A stretch of DNA of 64,000 bases. It comes from a virus (Duplodnaviria > Caudoviricetes). The notes beneath the pieces are model-generated. The model was not told where the DNA came from. It did not search any database and worked only from the letters and a program-made list of their open reading frames with translations. Positions 10,023-20,485 of this stretch are shown here, in pieces. The DNA is taken from positions 224,001 through 288,000 of the IMG/VR virus record IMGVR_UViG_3300037067_018912; one strand, 5' to 3'. How positions within the stretch are numbered: the stretch's first letter is position 1; each line of letters starts with the position of its first letter. The position numbers were made by a program, and so were the translations under genes.

Positions 10023-12047
10023 TTATTCCTCAAGATTAATGTTCTCAATGTCTTTGAAATCAATGTCTTCACCTTCATTAATTTTCTGCTTCTCATGAAT
10101 GCCGTTACTGTTTTCGAGCAGCGTGTCTATCTCGTTGATCATCATTTGTGCTTTCCCAACCATCTCGTCATTGATCTCATTATTTTCGTTGATGACTTTT
10201 TTATATTCTTCGGCATTTTTATGTTCCGGTTCAGAACTACTACCATAAACAAGTTTCTCAACTAATTTACTGTAATCTTCCATATTCATTTTTCCTTCAG
10301 CCATTGGAGGGAGTTCGCCCCCACCTCCGGCAGGTGGTGCTCCACCACCCAACGGTGCTCCACCAACATTCTCAGGACCACCCATCGGAGGTGCTCCTGC
10401 AGGTCCGCCCGCCGGAGGTGCTCCTGCGGGTCCGCCTGCAGGTGGTGCTCCGGGAAGTTCACCGGGTGCTCCACCCATTTCGGTTGAACCCGACATAATG
10501 CCTGCCGTTTCACCGAATCTTTTATCAATATCAGCGAACAAACCAGATTTCTTGATTGACACGGGTGCGTCAGCGAGTTCCTGCATTACAACCTTCTCCA
10601 TCTTCTGTTGTTTCAAGTCTTCGACAATTTCCCTGTCGGTCATATTAAACAACATCCTCTTTGCATTGGTGTGAGACATTGCACCGAGACCTGCTTCTGC
10701 ACGGGTGAGTTCGGTGTAAGTCTGTGCTTTTTCACGCAGGAGTTCAGCCTTCATCTGTTCTTGTTGAATTGACGGATTCGTCAATGTCAACGTGAAATTA
10801 TTCAAATCTTCACCCGTATAACCCATCAGGTATAAGTGAATCATGGCCATTTTATTGAGTTCTTGAATCATGGCCTGTTGAATACGATTTATCTTTTTTG
10901 CAAAACGGATATCATATTGTGCCATGTTCTTGCCCGCACCCGCAGCATCTTGAAAACTGAGGAACGGTTTCGGAATTCCGAGTCCGGAGAAAAGATTGTC
11001 CCTTAAATATTCAATATCGTGTATTTGATCAAGATTGGTTGCACCGGGAAGTGTCTCAACACCTGTTTGTGTGTTTGCATTCCTGACAGGTAAGAAATAA
11101 TCCTCGTCGTTGCCTAAGATATTGAAACGGTAGTCGATTTGGCCGTCGTTCGGAGAAACTTGTGCAACCTTTTTGAATTTGGTTGCAACCTTGTATATGT
11201 ATTCCTCGATATCCTCTTCATCAATGTTTCCAACATCGATTTTGAAGACTTTCTTTTCACCTGCACGAATGATACGATATGTTAACATAGCATCTTCGGC
11301 CATAACTAACTGTCTGAACACCCTACGGACTTTATTCAAGATCGATGATCCATAAGGAAGATATTTGTCATCACCAAGAAGCCTGAAATGTGCAATTTCA
11401 AACACGTTGAACTCGTCCCCCGTCATCCTCTCTTTAAACCTGATGATCGGTTTGCCGTTTTGAATCCTCTCGAACCTTTCAATCTCATAATTAACAAGTT
11501 GTTTTACGTGGGTGATGCCTTTCTTACGTTCACCATAAAGAAGAACGAAATTATCCCCATATTTTGCTACGTTTCTTACCCAAAAAGGCAAGTTTACGTT
11601 GACATTTACAATATCGTTGAATAATTCTTCAAGAAAGGTTTTGATCCTCTCCTTGTTGGAATATATGTTCAACATTTTGCCGTTCATTCCAATGGTTGTG
11701 GCCTCTTCCATAATTAAATCCAATGCACTTGATATTATGGGATAGTATTCCATTCCCTCATAGTCGATATATGCTGGAAGTCTTGCAGCCTCGTATTGGA
11801 GTGCCTTTTGAAAACCCCTGTCAGACGTGCGGAAGAACTTGTTTTGAAGTTCCTTTTTCTGTTGCAACTCCAATCCTTTCCGGTGTATCTCTTCCGGGGT
11901 CGTCCCTTTAATGATGATCTTCGTGGCATTCGATGCAGGTGTCGATTGGGATATTGCAGGTTGTGCGTCCTGAAAAGCCATCCCATCGAGATTGAGCATC
12001 TTGTTGAGTTGCTGGTATATAGTGCCTTTTTTTTGTTCTTCAGCCAT
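10023..12047 (-). CDS. Portal protein (T4 gp20-like) with Gly/Pro-rich C-terminal extension
   Basis: EDAMLTYRIIRAGEKKVFKIDVGN, EDYFLPVR, VETLPGA motifs of gp20. Confidence 0.95.
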   Translation of the reverse strand: MAEEQKKGTIYQQLNKMLNLDGMAFQDAQPAISQSTPASNATKIIIKGTTPEEIHRKGLELQQKKELQNKFFRTSDRGFQKALQYEAARLPAYIDYEGMEYYPIISSALDLIMEEATTIGMNGKMLNIYSNKERIKTFLEELFNDIVNVNVNLPFWVRNVAKYGDNFVLLYGERKKGITHVKQLVNYEIERFERIQNGKPIIRFKERMTGDEFNVFEIAHFRLLGDDKYLPYGSSILNKVRRVFRQLVMAEDAMLTYRIIRAGEKKVFKIDVGNIDEEDIEEYIYKVATKFKKVAQVSPNDGQIDYRFNILGNDEDYFLPVRNANTQTGVETLPGATNLDQIHDIEYLRDNLFSGLGIPKPFLSFQDAAGAGKNMAQYDIRFAKKINRIQQAMIQELNKMAMIHLYLMGYTGEDLNNFTLTLTNPSIQQEQMKAELLREKAQTYTELTRAEAGLGAMSHTNAKRMLFNMTDREIVEDLKQQKMEKVVMQELADAPVSIKKSGLFADIDKRFGETAGIMSGSTEMGGAPGELPGAPPAGGPAGAPPAGGPAGAPPMGGPENVGGAPLGGGAPPAGGGGELPPMAEGKMNMEDYSKLVEKLVYGSSSEPEHKNAEEYKKVINENNEINDEMVGKAQMMINEIDTLLENSNGIHEKQKINEGEDIDFKDIENINLEE

Positions 12048-12118
12048 TTTTATAAAATTTTATACTTTTTTATAAATACTTTAATTTTCGTGAAAAGTCT
12101 TTCACGTATAAATACATT

Positions 12119-14173
12119 CTAACTTTTCTTTTTCTCTCCGATGCCCTTGAACAACCACGAATGTGAAATATATGGATTCAGCAACGACACACTGTTCGGA
12201 GAGATCATCGGTTTGTTTTTATATCCCTTGCTTTTTTCAATGTTCTGTATATCGTTATTGTTGATAATTGCATTGAGCATGTGTTCAGTTACTCCTTTAC
12301 TTTGTTTGAAGCGAGCCATATCGAAATTCAACACATACAAGGCCGTGGCCAAACCCATGATGGAATCGTCATGAAACGATCGTTTGTGATCGGCAACACG
12401 ATTTCCGGGAACTGTGACGAAGGTTTTCAATTCTTCAAGCAGCCTAACTGATCGAATTATCACATCCTCCATATGTATTGCCCTTTGCATTTCAAGAAGT
12501 ACGGATGCCCGGTTGTTGCCGATGAAGAATCCGGGAATCAGATCGACATTAATGACAGTACCATCAGACATCACTTTCTGACCTTTCTTTATATATCCTT
12601 GCAACCTGTCACGACTCGGCTTGTGTGTGACCTCGGCATAATGAACATTGTCGTATCCGAATTCCAAAAGTTTCTCAACTGTTTGTACTCCATAACCTCC
12701 GGTGATATCAACAACACAATATGCATTGTTGTACCGCTTCCCAAATTGGTAGGCTATCTCTGAGAGCATTTGAGGTGTAATCTTCCCATAGTATTCTGCA
12801 ACTTGTTCAACCTTATGCCTTTTTATCCTGACTTTCTTCGTCTTCCCGCCTTTGGTGATAATCTTCTCCTCGATTGTTTCCATCGTCTTTAAGATGTTGC
12901 AAGTAGAATTGTCTTCACCGTGTCCCGGTGAAGCGTCCAATGTCATAATATAATCCTCTCCGGGTTCGGCATCCTCCCAAATCCACATATTATTGTCAAT
13001 GTATTCCTGACGGAGTATTGGCAAAACTTCCTTTTCTTGTATACGCTTTAAAAACTCTTCAGCAATGAAGTTGTCGCCTGAACCAAGGAATGAACATAAA
13101 AGTTCTTGTGCAATTTTCCGCATGTCACCGTTAGCACCACGAATCTGCTCGTCGAACCAAGGAGAGTTGGCTTCCCAACCATCGTCCATCATTTGAATCC
13201 TCTTCTCCTTGTCCCAATTCTCGTCGATTAGACTAATTTCGTTTTGCTTGCCCTTGTTCTTCTTCCAACATAAATTCTTGTTATAACGGGGATCGTTGAA
13301 CCACCACAATTCCACGGGAGTGAAATTATTCTTGTCTTTCCTTGCTTCAGTGAATGTTTTGTAAAATACGGCGTCGAGACCGGAAGGAGTGCTGACCATA
13401 ATTGCACCACCACCTGTTTGAAGTGTCGGTAAAGCAGAAGTCCAAAACTTGTCACCTTTTTCTGTCCATGCGGTTTCATCCCAAAATATCAATGTAGGAG
13501 TCATACCACGGAGTCCGCCTTTCGATGAGAATGCACCAAGTTTTGAACCGTTGTCATATATTTTCAATTTTTGGGTGTCCTTGAGGAATTTTTCCTGCGT
13601 CCTGCCTGTCTTCGGCCTCAACCATACGGGGCAGCACTCTATGAAATCGACAACATCGCTCATAAGTTCGTCACGTGCGGTTTCCAATCTGTCAGCAACA
13701 ATAGCAACCTGTCTATTCTTATTAAACATTACATACCATGCAATGAATGCGCATGTGGTTGTCGAAACCCCCGCCTGACGGTACTTGTTGGCAACAACAA
13801 ATTGTTCCCTCACGTATGTTTCAATTAAATCCTTTTGGAATTCAAACAATTTAAACGGTACGATCATACCGCCCTTGCCCTGTGTTTGATCGAAGATTGT
13901 TAAATATGTTTCAATGAAATAGATTGGATTTGAGGCGCATCGAACAATTTCGTCCTCTTGTTCATTATATGTTAATTCACCCACTTTTTTTAACGCACCA
14001 CTTTTTGTGATGATAATGGGTTCTATATTCCCGAACTTTTTTCTTAATTCGGCGGCCAGTTTCCTCGTTTCTTCTTTCTCTTTCTCCTTTTGTGCGTCAA
14101 AAGGAATCACAGGTACGTGCTCCGGGGCATCGTCCTTATCATCGAAACTACCGTCTTTCGGCTTAGTACTCAT
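12119..14173 (-). CDS. Terminase large subunit (T4 gp17-like)
   Basis: KYRQAGVST Walker A, FWDETAW Walker B, VSTPSG, nuclease LDASPG and HDDSIM; ends in TAG. Confidence 0.95.
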   Translation of the reverse strand: MSTKPKDGSFDDKDDAPEHVPVIPFDAQKEKEKEETRKLAAELRKKFGNIEPIIITKSGALKKVGELTYNEQEDEIVRCASNPIYFIETYLTIFDQTQGKGGMIVPFKLFEFQKDLIETYVREQFVVANKYRQAGVSTTTCAFIAWYVMFNKNRQVAIVADRLETARDELMSDVVDFIECCPVWLRPKTGRTQEKFLKDTQKLKIYDNGSKLGAFSSKGGLRGMTPTLIFWDETAWTEKGDKFWTSALPTLQTGGGAIMVSTPSGLDAVFYKTFTEARKDKNNFTPVELWWFNDPRYNKNLCWKKNKGKQNEISLIDENWDKEKRIQMMDDGWEANSPWFDEQIRGANGDMRKIAQELLCSFLGSGDNFIAEEFLKRIQEKEVLPILRQEYIDNNMWIWEDAEPGEDYIMTLDASPGHGEDNSTCNILKTMETIEEKIITKGGKTKKVRIKRHKVEQVAEYYGKITPQMLSEIAYQFGKRYNNAYCVVDITGGYGVQTVEKLLEFGYDNVHYAEVTHKPSRDRLQGYIKKGQKVMSDGTVINVDLIPGFFIGNNRASVLLEMQRAIHMEDVIIRSVRLLEELKTFVTVPGNRVADHKRSFHDDSIMGLATALYVLNFDMARFKQSKGVTEHMLNAIINNNDIQNIEKSKGYKNKPMISPNSVSLLNPYISHSWLFKGIGEKKKS

Positions 14174-14294
14174 TTATAGGAATTTATAATAAATACTTCC
14201 TATATATAAAAACCGCAAAGCACGGTATACATCCAGGTATATCGTGCTTCGAAACCCCTTCACCCTAATTTGGTGTGATGGGCAGTTATAAATA

Positions 14295-14783
14295 CTACAG
14301 TTTTATCGAAGAGATTTCAACAAACTCATTGTTTTTCATTATTATTTTTCTTGCCTTCAACAAGTCTTTAACTTTCGCCAATGTAGTTCCGTAATGAAAC
14401 ACGAGTAATGGTAATTCCTCGTTGTCTTGTTCGAACATCTTCGAATAATCGCTTGATTGACCATCAGTATTGTCGTCAGTATCAACCATTTCATATGCAA
14501 GTGCATGTATTGTATGATATCCATGCATGTATGGTCGATCTACCGCCTCATGAAGACAGAATAGATCGAAAGAATCTGTTTTCAAGTTGATGATGAGATT
14601 AATGTAATTCTCCGTCGGCGGGACTGCATTGTCACATGCGGGTATCAAATCCCAACACCAATCTTCGACCAATATGTTGGTCTCATCGAATGAAAATATG
14701 AACTCGTACAACCCCTCGTCTTTGGAATTATAGCCGATTTTGTGTACGAAAATCAATTTCAATCTGCTGTCATCATTGTCCAT
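14295..14783 (-). CDS. Hypothetical protein
   Basis: 162-aa ORF upstream of terminase. Confidence 0.75.
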   Translation of the reverse strand: MDNDDSRLKLIFVHKIGYNSKDEGLYEFIFSFDETNILVEDWCWDLIPACDNAVPPTENYINLIINLKTDSFDLFCLHEAVDRPYMHGYHTIHALAYEMVDTDDNTDGQSSDYSKMFEQDNEELPLLVFHYGTTLAKVKDLLKARKIIMKNNEFVEISSIKL

Positions 14784-14814
14784 AACATGAAATTTTCACA
14801 TAAATACATGAAAT

Positions 14815-14846
14815 AAAAAAACCCGGAGGGAATCCTTCCGGGTCTT
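14815..14846 (-). terminator. Intrinsic terminator
   Basis: ACCCGGAGG-GAAT-CCTTCCGGGT with A run on + strand. Confidence 0.7.
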
Positions 14847-14868
14847 GTATTGTTATGTAGGGTTGTTT

Positions 14869-15324
14869 TTACATGAAATGCCTGCCGAGTTCTTCATTGG
14901 TGACACGTTTATTCATCTTGTATTTCTCGTTCAAACAAAAGTAAAGTCCTTGTATTTCGAAATAATACCTGTTACGCATCAATTTATACTTTCTCCTTAC
15001 ATAATAAGTCGCACAGAACGAGACCGGGGTAAGTACAATCAAAGTCAGCAGCATTGTACTGTGGTGATGGAAAATCATGGCAAGAAAGAGGAAAAGTATC
15101 GGCACAACCAATTTGAAGATGTAATGGTAGGTTAAGAGGATATCGAGGGATTCCACGAAATAAGAACTTGCAATCCCTTTTAACTTGTCACATTTTTTGA
15201 TGGTGGCGTTATTGGCATAATCGACACATAATTTATTGTACTTTTCTTCGTCGTGTTTCGTTTTATACCAAAATTTGAAGGAATTCATAAAACTCCTGAA
15301 AATCAAAACCAGATCAGTATCCAT
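14869..15324 (-). CDS. Membrane protein (two hydrophobic segments)
   Basis: 151 aa with LVVPILFLFLAMIF and MLLTLIVLTPVSFCATYY. Confidence 0.7.
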   Translation of the reverse strand: MDTDLVLIFRSFMNSFKFWYKTKHDEEKYNKLCVDYANNATIKKCDKLKGIASSYFVESLDILLTYHYIFKLVVPILFLFLAMIFHHHSTMLLTLIVLTPVSFCATYYVRRKYKLMRNRYYFEIQGLYFCLNEKYKMNKRVTNEELGRHFM

Positions 15325-15374
15325 ATTTGTTTTATTATTTACAGGATGTTACGAAGTTCCAAAAATTTTGTTAC

Positions 15375-15413
15375 AAAAAAAAGACCCGAAATTTTGTTTC
15401 CGGGTCTTTTTTT
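15375..15413. terminator. Intrinsic terminator
   Basis: AAAAAAGACCCG...CGGGTCTTTTTT. Confidence 0.75.
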
Positions 15414-15424
15414 AAATTCTTATA

Positions 15425-18319
15425 TTAATTAGGTCCACCACCAAGTGTAAAGTTTCCACCACCAGTTCCACCACCACCAAACGGATTTTCAAGGTTTAAT
15501 GGTTTGTATTGGAATCCCATTGAACCTCCTTCAATAAAATCGGGCATGCGCAATCTGTCGGTTTCATATCCCTGTTTCATTACAGCATATTTGACTTCCG
15601 GCGACATCCTGCTCATCATATTCTGCCTGGCGGCTTTAAATCTGCCATTGAGAGCATCTTTGAATATGTCGGTAAATACCGCATCAATTGATTGGGGATC
15701 GTTTTGATCAAGATTTTCGAACTTCTGTGCACTCGATTGAAAAGCACTTTTCATTTTTGCCCAAAATTCCTCAGTCACAACACCCTTTTCTTTCATTGAG
15801 GACTCAAACAGATTGAATTGTTTATCGATCAGGCCGTCAAGTTTCTTCAACGTTTCAGATTTTTTCGATTCAGTAAGCATTGGTTTCCTCAAACCGACTC
15901 TTTCTTCAATGCGAGCACGAACATATTTACGAAATTTTTGTTCAGATTCAGACATTTCAGATTTTTCCTCGGTTTTTTTCTTTCCAAAGAACTTTTCCTG
16001 TGCAGGTGTTAATTTTTTCTTGCCGGGTGCTGATTTCTTTTCTTCGGGTTTCTCTTCCGTTTCTTCTTCTTCGGGTTTTTCTGTTTCATTTACCTTTTTC
16101 AATCCTTTGGGTGCAGTTGTGAAAGGCTTACCTTTTCCAACCACGCCGCCTTTTGTTTCTGCGAGGTATGTATTGACACCGTCGGCTATCTGCCTGATCA
16201 ATTTATGCTTCGCTTCATTCATCGAGATGTTGACCGTCTTGTCGGGACTGATGTTAATATCGACGCCCGTTGTCGGAGCACCGTCCGGTTTCGCCGTTAC
16301 AACGCCGAGGGATTGTGCTTCGGGTGCGAATTTTATTCCGTCATCGCTTGCACTGCCCATATCTTCGCCTCCCATCATGTCTTCTGCCTTTTCTTCTGCC
16401 GGGGATTCCCCTGCTTCATGTTCGGGGGATTCGAGTTCCTCGTCATCCTCTTTCAACATGTTGGGTTGAACTTCTACATTGCCGGGATCGACAACACCTT
16501 CCGCCGCCATTTTAACCTGACCTGCAGTAGTCTTCGCAGTCTGACCTTGCTTCCATGCATTTTGTGCTGCAGCATTCATGGGTTTACCACTTTTGCCAAC
16601 AGCAGGTGCTGCCGGAGCACTGATTTGAGCCACTATCTGATTCAACAATTGTTGAACTTCCGGCGGAGTCTGTCCTGCTTTTTTCGTTGTACTGACAAGA
16701 TTGTTGATTTGTTTCGCCAATTCATTGGCAGAATCTTGGAGTTTCTTGTATGCGGGATTTACTTCTCCTTTATAATATTGTTGTTTGACTGCTTGACCTG
16801 CTTGTCCAACTGCCTGTGCTCCTTGTTTAAGCGCACCACCAACTGCCTGTGCTCCTTGTTTGACTGCACCACCGACCGCTTGGCCTGCAGATTTAAGTCC
16901 TCCACCAATTGCACTACCAGCAGCCTTACCCAGGCTTTTCAGACCACCCCAAAGTTCGTCAATTTTCTGTTGTTTGTTTTCATCTCCGCTTTCGTTCATC
17001 GTATTGACAAAAGGTGCTAATTCATTAACATACTCCTCATGTCCGTATTCCTCTTTCAAACATTCCATAATGGAATCGTTCGCATATAATGCAACATTAC
17101 CGAAATCACCATCGTTTTGGCCTTCTCCGTGTGCAGTCGCATATCCTCCAATCAGGCTACCCAATTCTTCATTGCCACATTCGGCGATTGATTCTTTGGT
17201 GTATCCTCTTGATTCAGCATACTGTGCGAAATTACCGCATTCAGCGCACATTCCTTCTTCAACACCTGCTTCATCATCCTGTGGAACAGTTGCACTAACG
17301 TCCTCAATTTCATCATCAGGAACGACTTTGAGTATCAAGTCGGCAATTTCCTTCCTGTCTTCGATTTCGATGTTCCTGATTTTGTTTTTGAATGAAGTGA
17401 TGAATGATTTAAGGTATGACTTGATTTGAGGTGGTTCTAAGTCTGTTTTCCTTATTTTTTCCGTCAACTTGCCAAGGCTTTTTTCAATTTCCTGCATGGT
17501 GAGACTTTTTTCATCTTCCGGTGCAGCAACTGCATCATCTGCCATTGCTTCAGCATCAGCATCTTCACCACCTTCGGGAGCAGGTTCACCTTCACCGCCT
17601 TCAGGAGACATTCCTTCTCCACCTTCCGGGGCAGGTTCACCTTCACCACCTTCCGGGGCAGGCATATCTCCACCTTCAGCAGGAGGTAATCCTTCACCAC
17701 CTTCAGCAGGAGGTAATCCTTCACCACCTTCCGGGGCAGGCATTCCTTCGCCACCTTCAGCAGGAGGTAATCCTTCACCACCTTCCGGGGCAGGCATATC
17801 TCCACCTTCGGGAGCGGATGGTTCTGCTTCCAATCCGGCATCCATTTCTGCTTCGGGAGCGACAGGTCCGGCGGGAACTTCTGCTGCCGCTGCAGCATCA
17901 AGGTCACCCAATTTTTCTTCTGCTTGGTCAATCTCTTCACCAGCCTTATCTTCGTTTAATCTTTTCTTTCCACCATTCGGATTCGGCCTTAACCGGGAAG
18001 ATTCTGAAATTACGTTGAGCAGCATGCTTCTCTGCTTATCGGCTTCCGAAAGTTTCTGAAACTGATATTCAGTGATATTACCCAATCCGCCAATATATGC
18101 AAAATCGGAAACATCAGGGTCTTGTTTCAAACCAGCCTTTTTTATGTAATAATGATGCTGTTCTTTGATGATACCGTAAGCAATACCGTCTGCTGCCCGC
18201 TTGTAATCGATCAGTGTGCCCAGGTTGCGAATTTGAGATTCTTTTACTGAAACCTTGTTCACTTCCGCCAAGTTTCTCAGTCTTGAGTAAAAAGCCTCTT
18301 CTGAACTATGTTTTTTCAT
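15425..18319 (-). CDS. Large low-complexity acidic protein, probable internal head protein
   Basis: 964 aa, PAPEGGEG/LPPAEGGEG repeats, many (L/I/M)xE sites. Confidence 0.75.
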   Translation of the reverse strand: MKKHSSEEAFYSRLRNLAEVNKVSVKESQIRNLGTLIDYKRAADGIAYGIIKEQHHYYIKKAGLKQDPDVSDFAYIGGLGNITEYQFQKLSEADKQRSMLLNVISESSRLRPNPNGGKKRLNEDKAGEEIDQAEEKLGDLDAAAAAEVPAGPVAPEAEMDAGLEAEPSAPEGGDMPAPEGGEGLPPAEGGEGMPAPEGGEGLPPAEGGEGLPPAEGGDMPAPEGGEGEPAPEGGEGMSPEGGEGEPAPEGGEDADAEAMADDAVAAPEDEKSLTMQEIEKSLGKLTEKIRKTDLEPPQIKSYLKSFITSFKNKIRNIEIEDRKEIADLILKVVPDDEIEDVSATVPQDDEAGVEEGMCAECGNFAQYAESRGYTKESIAECGNEELGSLIGGYATAHGEGQNDGDFGNVALYANDSIMECLKEEYGHEEYVNELAPFVNTMNESGDENKQQKIDELWGGLKSLGKAAGSAIGGGLKSAGQAVGGAVKQGAQAVGGALKQGAQAVGQAGQAVKQQYYKGEVNPAYKKLQDSANELAKQINNLVSTTKKAGQTPPEVQQLLNQIVAQISAPAAPAVGKSGKPMNAAAQNAWKQGQTAKTTAGQVKMAAEGVVDPGNVEVQPNMLKEDDEELESPEHEAGESPAEEKAEDMMGGEDMGSASDDGIKFAPEAQSLGVVTAKPDGAPTTGVDINISPDKTVNISMNEAKHKLIRQIADGVNTYLAETKGGVVGKGKPFTTAPKGLKKVNETEKPEEEETEEKPEEKKSAPGKKKLTPAQEKFFGKKKTEEKSEMSESEQKFRKYVRARIEERVGLRKPMLTESKKSETLKKLDGLIDKQFNLFESSMKEKGVVTEEFWAKMKSAFQSSAQKFENLDQNDPQSIDAVFTDIFKDALNGRFKAARQNMMSRMSPEVKYAVMKQGYETDRLRMPDFIEGGSMGFQYKPLNLENPFGGGGTGGGNFTLGGGPN
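17560..17815 (-). repeat. Coding tandem repeats (about 27-nt units, PAPEGGEG-like)
   Basis: Repeated ccttcaccaccttc(cggg/agca) units inside the 964-aa ORF. Confidence 0.85.
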
Positions 18320-18394
18320 TTGAATGAATTTATTAGTCTTATTATTTATATACTTTTTTATAAATACTTATCAGAGAACAAAAAAATGCCCATC

Positions 18395-18643
18395 TTACAT
18401 TATTTCGTAATTTTCGGACATTATCCGATTCTTGACCAGCATCTCCTGAACCATTGGTGTTACCAATCCTCTCCTCCGGTAATTATCAATCACAGCCTGA
18501 TTCGCTTTTACATGCGAAACATTCTCGTTTAACATTTTCGCATTTCTATGCAAATCGCCAATGATCTCGTAAAAGACCTTTTCGGCCTTTTTCCTTTCAA
18601 CATACTCGATCAAATGCTCTTTTTTTACTATGATTCTTTTCAT
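18395..18643 (-). CDS. Hypothetical protein
   Basis: 82-aa ORF overlapping the stop of the upstream NTase gene. Confidence 0.7.
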   Translation of the reverse strand: MKRIIVKKEHLIEYVERKKAEKVFYEIIGDLHRNAKMLNENVSHVKANQAVIDNYRRRGLVTPMVQEMLVKNRIMSENYEIM

Positions 18644-19452
18644 CTTTCAAACTCGTTGAGACTCAATTCCTGAGTCAAATAGTCATTTTTCAGTTCAACC
18701 ATCCTTTCAAGGTATCCGGTATTTCTCAAAACTTTAAACACGAGGTTTTCCACAGAATATTCACCACCGCTCTCAAGTCCAGTCTGTCTGTATTTCTTTA
18801 TTTTGTCTTTCAACTGCCCATGTTTTTTCAGAAAGTCTTTCTCGTTCTGATTCGTTTCCAAATCTTCGATGGAATTCATCAGGTCAGCCGCTTTCAGTTG
18901 AACATCTGAACTGTCAATATTGATGATCTTGTTTGTCGGTTTTCTGATCCAATCATTCCTTACAAGTGAATAAACACCTGAAGAATGGTGTGGTTCTCCG
19001 GCATCCTCAAGATACATTTCGACATCATGTCCCTTGACTTGTATCGGAAGTTTCTCCGCCCACAACTGTTTCTTCAAACGGAAAAAATCGCCAACAAATT
19101 CCTTATTTAACGAAATCTGATTGAAATCCATAATAACGTGAACGTCCAAGTCGGAATCTTCGTTATAATTATAATTGGCCATACTTCCCGTTAGGACTAT
19201 ATCGTTGTATTTCAAATCCTCCACGCCCGCAAACTCGATGAATCTTTTGGCATTCATTAACAACGCCTTTCTCACTTCCGATTTCAACACATCACCATCC
19301 CAAATAAGCGGTGATAATGTGTCATTCATCTTGAGCGATGTCACGTCAACTTCATCGGGTTCGACAACCTCCTTTAAAACATCAGAGATGTTGTTTCTTT
19401 TCCAAAATCTACCCGACCAAGCACGAGGATTTTTATTTACTTCAACCATCAT
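18640..19452 (-). CDS. Pol-beta superfamily nucleotidyltransferase
   Basis: LTGSMANYNYNEDSDLDVHV (GS...DxD) motif and third acidic residue in DVEMY. Confidence 0.8.
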   Translation of the reverse strand: MMVEVNKNPRAWSGRFWKRNNISDVLKEVVEPDEVDVTSLKMNDTLSPLIWDGDVLKSEVRKALLMNAKRFIEFAGVEDLKYNDIVLTGSMANYNYNEDSDLDVHVIMDFNQISLNKEFVGDFFRLKKQLWAEKLPIQVKGHDVEMYLEDAGEPHHSSGVYSLVRNDWIRKPTNKIINIDSSDVQLKAADLMNSIEDLETNQNEKDFLKKHGQLKDKIKKYRQTGLESGGEYSVENLVFKVLRNTGYLERMVELKNDYLTQELSLNEFER

Positions 19453-19838
19453 TATTGCATTTTTAATATATCCAATCTGTAGTTACCATCATGACGCAAT
19501 TGACCCCTTTGTCCCAATTTCATGAGATTAATTGTAACTGATTTGCCTGTGACCCGACCATCCTTTAATAAAGGAATGTCAACTTCTGATATGTCTTGTT
19601 GGGTTGAGGTATATTTAAACAATGCCCTATCGTCCAATTCGTACCCTTTTTTCGCCACAAGTTCTCTTAATCCTTTTACTGCATCATCGTAAGAATTAAA
19701 AACATTTGGTTTCGTTAAATCATTGGTTACGTCAGTAAAAACTCCACCCATGAAGGCTTCATTCAACTTAAAATCTGGGTTTAATTTAACCATGTTTTCA
19801 AATAACATGGCCTTGGTATCTTTTTGCTGCTTTTTCAT
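19452..19838 (-). CDS. Hypothetical protein, MKK..LFE N-terminal family
   Basis: Starts MKKQQKDTKAMLFENMVKLNPDFKLNE. Confidence 0.75.
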   Translation of the reverse strand: MKKQQKDTKAMLFENMVKLNPDFKLNEAFMGGVFTDVTNDLTKPNVFNSYDDAVKGLRELVAKKGYELDDRALFKYTSTQQDISEVDIPLLKDGRVTGKSVTINLMKLGQRGQLRHDGNYRLDILKMQ

Positions 19839-19842
19839 GTTG

Positions 19843-20448
19843 TTACCTCCTGTAATTCTGATAAATGACATCGTTCTCCAAATCAACAGGTTGTCTTGTT
19901 GGTGTTGAAACCGGGACTACTCGTCCCATATCGTAACCAAACCAACGGCCTGACAAATCATCCAACCATTTCTGCGCTTCTTGTTCGGTGTTAAATTCCA
20001 TATCGTTTGTCGACCACACATTCTCACCCTTCCCGGCAACTTCTGCACGAAATTTGGTTTGAAGATCAACTTCTTCTGCAAGTTCCATATCATGATCGGA
20101 TTGTGGAAACATCCTGTCAATAAGATTATCAAGTTTTTCGATAATATCGAAATGATTGGTGCTCATAAGAAAATCAATTTTACCTTTGAGCAGTTCGGCT
20201 TTTTTCTTATTATCCATTTCACCTGGAACATATGCCTCATCCTCAATACCTTTCTTGAATCGTTTCGCCAACGCCTTGCGTTTTGGAGTGCAGGTTGGTT
20301 TTGACATGGGTGTACAATAACCTTTATGTTCGGGATCAACAGCCTTTTGAATCCATTTCTCATCCTCATTCAAGGATATTTTGACGCCGTTTAATTTAGC
20401 CATGTTCTCAAATAACATGGTCTTGGCATCTTTTTGCTGCTTTTTCAT
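19843..20448 (-). CDS. Hypothetical protein, MKK..LFE N-terminal family
   Basis: Starts MKKQQKDAKTMLFENMAKLN. Confidence 0.8.
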   Translation of the reverse strand: MKKQQKDAKTMLFENMAKLNGVKISLNEDEKWIQKAVDPEHKGYCTPMSKPTCTPKRKALAKRFKKGIEDEAYVPGEMDNKKKAELLKGKIDFLMSTNHFDIIEKLDNLIDRMFPQSDHDMELAEEVDLQTKFRAEVAGKGENVWSTNDMEFNTEQEAQKWLDDLSGRWFGYDMGRVVPVSTPTRQPVDLENDVIYQNYRR

Positions 20449-20485
20449 ATTGTTGCGTTTATTATAAATACTTTACTGTTATTCA

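Noticed and set aside
12047-12121. Terminase-portal fusion by amber readthrough
   Set aside because: Readthrough reaches TAA after 22 codons and is out of frame with the portal start
15504-18059. Long plus-strand ORFs opposite the 964-aa gene (and similar ones opposite other large genes)
   Set aside because: They are antisense shadows of repetitive coding sequence
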